The notes beneath the pieces were generated by a model, which saw only the letters and a program-made list of their open reading frames with translations, was not told the origin of the DNA and did no database searches. From a virus (Duplodnaviria > Caudoviricetes): a DNA stretch of 37,926 nt. The position numbers and the translations under genes were made by a program. Below are positions 26,014 through 34,432 of this stretch, in pieces. Positions within the stretch are counted from its first letter, which is position 1; each line of letters opens with the position of its first letter. The stretch spans positions 1 through 37,926 of IMG/VR virus record IMGVR_UViG_3300008120_000130. One strand, given 5' to 3'.

Positions 26014-28062
26014 ATGCATGAACTAATCACGGAAATCAAGACGCTTGAATTTGCAAGTGCTTGCTGTCCAAACTCAATGCTCACGAAAGTGCGTGTTGTA
26101 TTTGCAGCGCAAAAATCAGCACCGAATAATGTCATGCGGTCTTTGCCTGCAAACCGTGGAGAGTTGATTACATTTAAGGCGCTCGCAAAACGCAATGGTC
26201 GTATGCGTGAGTACGAAGTGAAGCGAGTCGGTACAGTCGGCTCAAGCAATCCGCTATTACAAGGCGTGCAGGCTGCTGGTTCAATGGCGCTACCTGGTGA
26301 CTCAAGTATCCTAAGGAGTCCAATACGAAGCACTGTTTTTGGCGCACTCACCCCAGGTATGCCAAGTATCCCTGGAATTCCTGGTCGTGGTCTTGGTGGA
26401 CGAGACAGGACATACCACTGCCCAGAGGGCTATCAGTACGGTGGTCGTTTTACGGACAAGAAGTTTTCCAACTGTGGAGCAAAACTATTTGACATTGCTG
26501 GTCCACTTGGTCTTGCTATTGCTGCAATACGAGCAGTACGAAATGCCGCTAGACCTAGCGATTTGACGCAGGGTGAAGTTCTTGGAGCGGGTCAATATCC
26601 AGAAAGCATTGTTGACTCTCGCAAACCGCAAATCCCGAAAGTCTCTTTGTCTAATCCACAAAAACTGAAACTTGAAGTTGACAAACTGGTAACTCCACTC
26701 GGTAAGCAATCCGAGCCAGTCGCGAGAATGGTGAGACGAGACGGATTTGTTCTAGAACCAGTCGTTCCTGCATCAGTTTTAAGAACGATTCCAGACAACA
26801 GGGACATGGAAGGCGCAACATACATTGCAAGCCACCTCAGCCCAGACACAATCGGAAAAGACGAACTAGGTCTTCTTTCCAATACTGGAATCCAGAGTTT
26901 GAAGTATGTTCTTCCTGGTGGCTCAACGCTCACCCTTGAAAAGAAGCGACCACTTACGGTCGGAGAGCGTCGCAAACTTGGTCGTACTGTAAATGCTGCA
27001 ATTGCTTCGTCAAACGATAAAGACCCAGCATCACGATTGAAGATGGTTGCCACTGAAACTGGCGACGGAATTGGATACAGCGAAAAATTCGTTGGCATCT
27101 CAAACCCGAACAGCGTTGGACCAGACGGCAAAGAGCGCTGGGCATCTACGGTGTTTGGCAAGAAGCGCCCAGCACAGCAAGACACTCAACAGGAAGCAGC
27201 ACCAGTACAGGCGGCTGCCACAGGACAGACGGATATCGGAACCGTTGATGGGGCAATTAACCACATCAAGAATGGCGGAAATCTTGCCGATATTGCGCCA
27301 GACATTCTTCAAGAGGTACTCAAGAAGATGCGTGAAATCAAGACGCAAAAAATCAACGACCGTCAGTCGCTTGTGTCAATGCCTAACGGCGACAAACTGT
27401 TGCTCAATTCGTCTGCCAACAATTTTGACCACATTGGACAGCGTTTTGCATCAGAAATTCAAGAGCACCTTGGAATCAAGGCTCCAGACATCTTCTTCGT
27501 TGGTGTTGGTGATAAGCGAAACTACCTTGCACAAGACGCTGAAACAGCAATTCGTGGAGCAAAGATTGACAGGAACTCCAAGTTCGCTGACTCCAATCCA
27601 ATGGATGTAACCAGGTTGATGTTTGCAGACATCCTCACGGACACGAGGAACCGAAACATAGGGACAATTTCGTTGCTTTCTGGGAAAGACAACAAGTACA
27701 TTCTTGCCACATCAAACCCTGGCTCTGGACTTACTGGTCTTGATGAAATATCAATTACAAAGCGCACCAAGATGGGTATTGAGGAGTTGCTCAACCCAGA
27801 CGAGGCTTCTGTATACATAAATTATTTCCAAGCCCTCAAAGAACTACAGCGGGCTCAGTACCAGCAATTTATTGCTACACTTATTCAGAGGGCAAGAGCC
27901 TTTAATTTCAGCAACTTTAAGTCAAACCTTTACAAAGACGGAAAATTGTCTCAAGGCGAAAAAATTCACTTGAACATCCTTGAGAAATTGTTTAATCAAC
28001 GCCTAGGTCGTTTGACAAATGCAAGAGATTCAATCTACGAAATTGTGAGCGCTAAGAAATGA
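26014..28062 (+). CDS. Modular protein: CPxG tag and degenerate HipA/PI3-4-kinase-like C-terminal domain
   Basis: Tag at 26419; FASEI..HLGI.APD...D.LTD.RNRN..TI resembles the D.L..N.DRH..N kinase motif with substitutions. Confidence 0.65.
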   Translation: MHELITEIKTLEFASACCPNSMLTKVRVVFAAQKSAPNNVMRSLPANRGELITFKALAKRNGRMREYEVKRVGTVGSSNPLLQGVQAAGSMALPGDSSILRSPIRSTVFGALTPGMPSIPGIPGRGLGGRDRTYHCPEGYQYGGRFTDKKFSNCGAKLFDIAGPLGLAIAAIRAVRNAARPSDLTQGEVLGAGQYPESIVDSRKPQIPKVSLSNPQKLKLEVDKLVTPLGKQSEPVARMVRRDGFVLEPVVPASVLRTIPDNRDMEGATYIASHLSPDTIGKDELGLLSNTGIQSLKYVLPGGSTLTLEKKRPLTVGERRKLGRTVNAAIASSNDKDPASRLKMVATETGDGIGYSEKFVGISNPNSVGPDGKERWASTVFGKKRPAQQDTQQEAAPVQAAATGQTDIGTVDGAINHIKNGGNLADIAPDILQEVLKKMREIKTQKINDRQSLVSMPNGDKLLLNSSANNFDHIGQRFASEIQEHLGIKAPDIFFVGVGDKRNYLAQDAETAIRGAKIDRNSKFADSNPMDVTRLMFADILTDTRNRNIGTISLLSGKDNKYILATSNPGSGLTGLDEISITKRTKMGIEELLNPDEASVYINYFQALKELQRAQYQQFIATLIQRARAFNFSNFKSNLYKDGKLSQGEKIHLNILEKLFNQRLGRLTNARDSIYEIVSAKK

Positions 28063-31000
28063 AGCAATACGCAATCCTAAAAGACGCAATCCGAAATGAA
28101 AACTTCGGAATAGTTGTCAAGTCTGACGAAGCAACAAAGTTTTTTGGATTTACCGAGCACGGCGCGGAATGGTCCAAGTGGGCAAATAGCGTAAAAAGCG
28201 CAGAGTCAGTACTCCCAGACGGAATCACTGTTGGCGAATTCAAGACCTTGACTGAGGATATTTTGGTCAAGTTTGATATTGACTCATCTGATATTGAAGT
28301 TAAGTCAGAAGTGTTGACTGAATCCCGCAGGTTCAATAAGTTCGTTGAGTCAAAGTCGCTTAACAGCGCTTCAAAGTTGGTCAGTATCTCGGACAGCCCA
28401 ATTAACGCTTGCGGGATACACCACCAGACAGCAATTAACTTCAAGGCTCGTTTGTTCCGTGGAGAGCAGACAAGAGGCGAATTGGCACTCAAGTCAAGAT
28501 TTGGACAACTTGCTTTCAACCATGAAATCAGTCGTTTCAATCCACGACCAAACTCTGAAACAAAGAGTATTGAATTTGCAAACATCCGAAAGAAAATTAA
28601 CTCTGGTGCAGAGCGCCGATTCGGCCAGCAGATTGTCAAGTCAATCAACAACTCAATATCTGAAGTAAAAGTTGAAGACGACTGGATGAAGCGTCGTGGA
28701 AAAGTTGGAATCAACACTTCTGAAATAATTGATTTCCACGAAAAGGGTCTTGGACGAGCAATTGGCCGTGCAATATTCGGTCGCGGTCGCGGTCGCGGTC
28801 GCGGAATGGGCGGCAATGCAAGCAGATTTATTGCTGGTGTTACGGACCCAAGCAAGCGCCGAGATGTTGACGGCGACGGAATGATTTTTGATGGCACATG
28901 GCGAGAAATGCCAGACCCAACAAGATTTAAGCCAGGCGCACGAGTACCAAACAGAATGCCTGGTGGCGGAGCACAGCGCCCATACAGGCCTGGCCAAGAT
29001 ACTGGCGCTCCAGCAATGGTTGACGACCTTTCAGACATGGATTCAACGACATTGCTGATAGAACTAAATCGTATTGACAACGCCATATATCCATTTAGTG
29101 GTGATGTAACAAAACCTCGTCAGGATAAAGAACGCGCTGTAGCAATTAGAAAAGAATTGCGAAAACGAGGACTTTCCTACAGGGACATTGAGGCACAACA
29201 GAGAACCGTAGGACCAGGAATGGGCCTAGGCGTTGGGATGCGCGAAGACCCTGCGCTTGACAGGCTTTCCGCTGACTTGCGTAAGCGATATGGGCGCGGT
29301 CTCGCCTCGCAGCGCGGTGACAAGAAACCAAATGCGACGCCAACAAGCAAGCCTGCGGAAAAGCCGAAAGACCCTTCAAAGATGACGAAGGAAGAAATTG
29401 ACGACCTTCTCTATGACTTAAGGGAAGATTGGAGGCAGCGTAAGCGTTCAATGGAAGCAGACCTCGGCGAGGACATGTTCTATTGGGAAGATGAAGAAAT
29501 CGCAAAGCGTTTCATGGATGACTATGGAATGACAAAGCGCGAAGCCGATAAGGCGGTTGACGAATATCGTGACCTTTACGACGAATACACCGAAGCACAG
29601 ATGGAGTATGACGAGCGTCGTGCCGAACTTCTTGACGCAAAAGAGAAGGCACCGTTTGCCGACGATGTTGACGAAACTGGCGATGAACCACAACAAATGC
29701 GCGGACTCCGTTCAGCCAAAGACGAAGTTAGCGACAACATTATTGAAGAACTCCTTGATAGGGCCGATGGGGCAAATGATGGAATCACTCCATTGTTGGA
29801 AAAACTCAAGAAGAACAAGTTGTCAGATGATGAAAAGTCAGACCTTCTTGAAATGCTTAACGACGAGTTCAAAAACGGCGACCTTGCTGGCGACGAAAGA
29901 CTTGACAAGTTAATCAAGAAGATTAAGAAGCAGAAACAGTCTGATGGCGGACTGGTTGAGCCAGACCTCCAAGGTCTTCGTGACCAGTTCGGTAGTCGCG
30001 GATTGAGTTCCCGTCAGCAGCGAGACATCCAGAAGTTTGGTCGCGCATTCTCGCCTGGCACGGACCCAAGCAACCGAGAAGTTATTGACGAACTTCTTGA
30101 AAGTGCCGAGGGAGCAAACGACCCAATTACGGACAAACTCCGAAAATTAAAACTGTGGCCTCGCCTTGACGACAATGAAAAAGCAGACATTCTTGAGGAC
30201 CTCACAAACGAGTACAACAATGGTGAACTCGCTGGCGATGACCGTTTGAAGAAATTGATTGATGACCTTTCCGACAGTGGAAATGCAACAATCTTCCCAG
30301 ACCTCTCGTCAAGTCGCTACGACGCTGGATACACACCAGAAGCAGAAAGAGAATTCCTTGATTCCGTAATTGAAGAACTCTCCCAAGATGGTGGGCCGTT
30401 TGAAAGCGGTTTCACAAACGAAGATTCAGAAGCATTGATGAATGCATTTAGGGAGCCAGGCGATTCACCGCGTGGACTTGCTTCACGCCGCGATAGCAAG
30501 CCAGCGAGTGCTGCGAAGAAAATCATGTCTCGCAACTTTGAAAGTTCTGAATCTGGTGGTGCAGATTTGGATTCTGGCATTCGTCAAGTTGCTCAAAGTC
30601 TTGGCATGGATAAAGATGCAGAAGACAAACTTTCCAAACTGATTTACGACATCGCTGAGCCAAGAACTGTTAGTCGTCCAGAAACAAGCGACGAGTCAAT
30701 TGACAAAATAACAAAAGACAAGACACAGCGAGAAGTACTAAAGGCTGCAGTTAACGAATTTACAAACTTGACCAATCCTGAGAGAATTACTTCCCCAGAT
30801 GCGGCAAAGCGAATAATCCGAGATGGATTTAGAAGCACACAATCGGGTGGTGCCGACTTGGATTCTGGTATTCGTGGAGTTGCTCGTGGATTAGGCCTTG
30901 ATTACGACGCACAAAACGAACTCTCAAGCCTTGTCTACGACATCGCTCAATCAAAGCCAAAAGCAGTAAAGAAGATAGATTCACTTCCTGATGAGTTGAC

Positions 31001-34000
31001 AGATGACGATGCCAAGAGTGAGATTCTTAAAGAGTCACTTCGTGAATTCTATAGCGGGATGAGGGCTGCACCACGCGGTCTTGCTTCACGACGCAACGAT
31101 GTTGAAACATATGGGACCCTCCCTAGTTCAATGGGCGGACGGGAGACAGACCGCGAAAAGGAACTGCGTAAACTTTCTGAGTCATTGAGGGCTGAAACGC
31201 AAAGAGTGATGCAGCAGTTGGATGGTGCTGGAATACGCGACGGTCGCATTGGGCGCAATACAAGTAGGCAATCAGAAATCGCTGACAGAGTCCGTCGCGC
31301 TTCGGAAAACATGCCAGATTCAGCACGCCGTCAACGCAATGCTGTTCCGCAGAACATGAGTTCACGCCGTGCAACAGCAACGACCGAACGAGCAGCAGCA
31401 CCACGAGGACTTGCATCTGACCGACCAAAGCCAAAGGTCAAGAAGAAGACCAGCAACGCAATACCTGGCGTTGATGCAGTAGATGAAAAGGACGGACGGT
31501 TCTGGAGCACGCTGACACCAGAAGAGCAGCAAAAGGCTCAAGCGGCGCTAGAGCAGCACAAGTTGGAAATGGAAAAGAAACTCAAGGGCCGTTACGCAAC
31601 ATGGTGGCGTGGTCAGGTTCGTGGAGCACAGAAACAGGGTGTTCGCGGTGGGCGATTTGCACCACGAGATGAAGACGATTCATTGAACTTCGGCGACATC
31701 ACAGAAATGCAGCGCCAACTTGATATCGCTATTGCAAATGGAACTGTATCCAGCGTTGCTGTTGATAAAGAAGGAAAGCCAATAATTAACAAAGATGGCA
31801 CTCCAAAGCAATCAATGGCAGATGTATACCAAAAAGAAATTGACACATTAAGCCTTCTTTTGAATATGGAAAAGGCAAAAGATTATTCAAAACTTGAACA
31901 TCTACATCCAATTCAGAAGAAAATTGTTCTTGAAGCAATTGGTAAAAAAGGTGGCGACAAGGAATTCAAGGGCGGCACAAAATCCACATACTTTGGACGC
32001 GGCGGTGGCGTAACACGCACAGCGGCAGATGTGACAGCAGCAGCAGAAGCAGCAAAAGATAAGAAGAAGGGCGATGCTGGAACAATCAAGTTCCGTCAGC
32101 GTATTCTTCGTGTTAACCCTGAGCGTGCAAGAAGGCGCGAACTACGGAAAAACCGAGTTAAAAACAAGCCTGGACGACGAGGAGAAATCCTTGACCCAAC
32201 GCTTGCGGCAAAGCAGAAGAAATTGCGCGCACAAGCACGCATCCGCGGAATCAAGAGCAAGTTCAAGGGCAAGCGCGATGCAGCAAAACTCACGAAGCAA
32301 GTTGAAGGACAGAGAGCAGAACTGCATCCGTTGACATTCAACCAAGACGGAAGCATCACGATGACCCCAGCGTTCCCAGACATGCTCGCATTCCTGTCTG
32401 GCTCACTGCATGCAAATAAGAGGAAGGGCGAAAAAGCCGAACAGCGAGTGTTTGACAGACTCCTTGCCGACCTTTGGGAGAACACTGGTTTTGCACAAAA
32501 ACCGATTCTTGTCAGGCCAGAAGAAGTTGATGAACTCATCAAGGCTGGATGGCAGCCAATTGTTCGTGGAACTGGTGGAGAAAAAGTAAACAGTGAAGGC
32601 TATGTTGAACAGTTCTTGACATCTGAAGGACGATTTATTCCTGGTCAAGGTGCGCGTGCTTACGGAGTCGGAGAGTACTTCACATTCCCAGGAGAGTCGC
32701 GATGGGACAGTGGTTACACTGGAGGAGAGAATGCAAGGCACACAATCCTTGCGCTAGTTCCTCCTACGGCAAACATTGTTTCGCAAATGGAACTAAGCAG
32801 TGAAGTAAGCAAACTCAAGCAGCACCTAGATAAAATCAGCGCACGAGTTGGTGAGATTGGTGGACGAGATGCTGCTGCAGCAATGTCAACTCCAGAACTA
32901 GTTAAAGAATTGCGCGAGGCTGTTGGCGACATGTCCGACGATACACGAGCATCACAGGTAATCAAGGGCATGATTGACATGCTTGAGGAAAAAGACAACG
33001 CTGGAGAAGATACGGCTCAGTTGCGAGGTCAAATCACTGACGGTCTTGACTACATGAAGCGAATTGTTGACCATAATGACATCGGACATGTTGCCCCAAT
33101 GCTTGGAGTTGACGGCCATGAACCAGGTTCTGATTCTGGTGTGTTCTTGCTTCATAACCGAGGTGCTGTTGCCGCTGTCCAGCGTCCACTCACCCGTAAA
33201 GAAGGAAAAGAACTTGGACAGTTCAAGAAGTCAATCTGGAAGTCGTGGGGACGAGACAAAGTAACAAGCCCTATGCCAGAGTCTGCTCCTGCTGCACCAA
33301 AGGCGCCAAAGGCACCAAAGGCACCGAAAACAAGTAAGCCAGCAACGACAAACGCATACAGCAAAGTTGATGTGAGCGGGTGGAAAAAAATTGGTGGACA
33401 GAGAGGCTCAAACCCTGGTGGAACATTTACTGACTCTGCTGGTGTTGAGCACTACATAAAGACGCCGAGCACTCCGCTTCATGCAGAAAACGAAAGTCTT
33501 GCGTCAACGCTCTACAACATGCTTGGTGTGAACGCCGCCGATGTTCAAGTTGGAGACGATAACGGACAGGTTAAGACTGTTTCAAAAATCGTTCAAGGTG
33601 CACGGTCTGCGACATCTAGCGATAAGAAGCAAATGCAAAGCGCGTTTGTTGCTGACGCATGGCTAGGCAACTGGGACGCTGTTTTGAATGACAACACGCT
33701 TATTGACTCGTCTGGAAAACCAGTAAAGATTGATGTCGGTGGTTCAATGTTGTTCAGGGCTCGCGGTGGAGCCAAGGGCGCGCAATTCGGCGATACGGTC
33801 GGAGAAATTGATACCCTTCGTCAACGGAACTCGGTCTACGCAGATATCACTGACGCTCAGATTAAGGAACAGGTAAAAGCCCTTAAATCAGTCAGCGCAG
33901 ACATGATTAAAGCCCAAGTCAAGGCGATTCTCACCGATTCTGCGCAAGCCGCAAAACTTGCTGATACCCTTATTGCTCGTCGCCAAGACCTTATTAACAG

Positions 34001-34010
34001 GTATGGCTGA
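28059..34010 (+). CDS. Giant modular protein: DGDG tag, duplicated helical modules, possible ART-like domain, C-terminal HipA/PI-kinase-like domain
   Basis: Tag at 28845; six GLxS motifs; IVRG...GQGARAYGVGEYF; GSNPGG..YIK..ENE.LA..LY..LG..DAWLGNWD..N..IDVGG. Confidence 0.75.
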   Translation: MKQYAILKDAIRNENFGIVVKSDEATKFFGFTEHGAEWSKWANSVKSAESVLPDGITVGEFKTLTEDILVKFDIDSSDIEVKSEVLTESRRFNKFVESKSLNSASKLVSISDSPINACGIHHQTAINFKARLFRGEQTRGELALKSRFGQLAFNHEISRFNPRPNSETKSIEFANIRKKINSGAERRFGQQIVKSINNSISEVKVEDDWMKRRGKVGINTSEIIDFHEKGLGRAIGRAIFGRGRGRGRGMGGNASRFIAGVTDPSKRRDVDGDGMIFDGTWREMPDPTRFKPGARVPNRMPGGGAQRPYRPGQDTGAPAMVDDLSDMDSTTLLIELNRIDNAIYPFSGDVTKPRQDKERAVAIRKELRKRGLSYRDIEAQQRTVGPGMGLGVGMREDPALDRLSADLRKRYGRGLASQRGDKKPNATPTSKPAEKPKDPSKMTKEEIDDLLYDLREDWRQRKRSMEADLGEDMFYWEDEEIAKRFMDDYGMTKREADKAVDEYRDLYDEYTEAQMEYDERRAELLDAKEKAPFADDVDETGDEPQQMRGLRSAKDEVSDNIIEELLDRADGANDGITPLLEKLKKNKLSDDEKSDLLEMLNDEFKNGDLAGDERLDKLIKKIKKQKQSDGGLVEPDLQGLRDQFGSRGLSSRQQRDIQKFGRAFSPGTDPSNREVIDELLESAEGANDPITDKLRKLKLWPRLDDNEKADILEDLTNEYNNGELAGDDRLKKLIDDLSDSGNATIFPDLSSSRYDAGYTPEAEREFLDSVIEELSQDGGPFESGFTNEDSEALMNAFREPGDSPRGLASRRDSKPASAAKKIMSRNFESSESGGADLDSGIRQVAQSLGMDKDAEDKLSKLIYDIAEPRTVSRPETSDESIDKITKDKTQREVLKAAVNEFTNLTNPERITSPDAAKRIIRDGFRSTQSGGADLDSGIRGVARGLGLDYDAQNELSSLVYDIAQSKPKAVKKIDSLPDELTDDDAKSEILKESLREFYSGMRAAPRGLASRRNDVETYGTLPSSMGGRETDREKELRKLSESLRAETQRVMQQLDGAGIRDGRIGRNTSRQSEIADRVRRASENMPDSARRQRNAVPQNMSSRRATATTERAAAPRGLASDRPKPKVKKKTSNAIPGVDAVDEKDGRFWSTLTPEEQQKAQAALEQHKLEMEKKLKGRYATWWRGQVRGAQKQGVRGGRFAPRDEDDSLNFGDITEMQRQLDIAIANGTVSSVAVDKEGKPIINKDGTPKQSMADVYQKEIDTLSLLLNMEKAKDYSKLEHLHPIQKKIVLEAIGKKGGDKEFKGGTKSTYFGRGGGVTRTAADVTAAAEAAKDKKKGDAGTIKFRQRILRVNPERARRRELRKNRVKNKPGRRGEILDPTLAAKQKKLRAQARIRGIKSKFKGKRDAAKLTKQVEGQRAELHPLTFNQDGSITMTPAFPDMLAFLSGSLHANKRKGEKAEQRVFDRLLADLWENTGFAQKPILVRPEEVDELIKAGWQPIVRGTGGEKVNSEGYVEQFLTSEGRFIPGQGARAYGVGEYFTFPGESRWDSGYTGGENARHTILALVPPTANIVSQMELSSEVSKLKQHLDKISARVGEIGGRDAAAAMSTPELVKELREAVGDMSDDTRASQVIKGMIDMLEEKDNAGEDTAQLRGQITDGLDYMKRIVDHNDIGHVAPMLGVDGHEPGSDSGVFLLHNRGAVAAVQRPLTRKEGKELGQFKKSIWKSWGRDKVTSPMPESAPAAPKAPKAPKAPKTSKPATTNAYSKVDVSGWKKIGGQRGSNPGGTFTDSAGVEHYIKTPSTPLHAENESLASTLYNMLGVNAADVQVGDDNGQVKTVSKIVQGARSATSSDKKQMQSAFVADAWLGNWDAVLNDNTLIDSSGKPVKIDVGGSMLFRARGGAKGAQFGDTVGEIDTLRQRNSVYADITDAQIKEQVKALKSVSADMIKAQVKAILTDSAQAAKLADTLIARRQDLINRYG
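28845..28919 (+). repeat. DGDG tag copy 3 (DPSKRRDVDGDGMIFDGTWREMPDP)
   Basis: Dispersed in-frame peptide repeat. Confidence 0.95.
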
Positions 34011-34030
34011 GGAAATAGGAGGTAGTTATC

Positions 34031-34423
34031 ATGAAGAATCTTTCTGAAGGCGTAAAAGCACACATGGCATACGCGGAGATGCGTGACGAAATGGTTGAAC
34101 TCAAGGCGTACCCACCATTTAGCACCATGCCAAAAGACCCAAACGGTGATTTGGTGTTCCCGAGGATGAGTGCCATTGGGGAAAAATTTGACGCAGCAAT
34201 CAGGAAAGAAATGGACCGCATTCATTCGCTCTCCAAAGATGCAGAAACAGAAAAAGATTTAACCCCAGAAATGTTTTCGCGTCCATTCTCAACACTGTCA
34301 ATTGAGTTTGCTGACGACCTGGAAGAGGCAAGACTTTACAAAAAGCGCTACAACGACCCAGTCGTTGCGCTTGAGGCTGCACAAGAAATTTACAAGGAGC
34401 CAGAAACCGAGCCAAAAAAGTAG
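34031..34423 (+). CDS. Small acidic hypothetical protein (candidate partner/immunity)
   Basis: 130 aa, strong AGGAGG RBS, directly after the kinase-like domain. Confidence 0.7.
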   Translation: MKNLSEGVKAHMAYAEMRDEMVELKAYPPFSTMPKDPNGDLVFPRMSAIGEKFDAAIRKEMDRIHSLSKDAETEKDLTPEMFSRPFSTLSIEFADDLEEARLYKKRYNDPVVALEAAQEIYKEPETEPKK

Positions 34424-34432
34424 GTTTAGGTA

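Noticed and set aside
26720-26945. JAB/MPN-like domain in ORF 26014
   Set aside because: The spacing is reminiscent, but the HxH...D metal ligands are missing, so it cannot be supported without a profile search.
15072-34010. Giant ORFs as tape measure, tail fibre or virion RNA polymerase
   Set aside because: No tape-measure repeats, fibre repeats or RNAP DxDGD catalytic context were found. The DGDG motif is a short tag repeated in unrelated proteins, and the genes sit within the head module.
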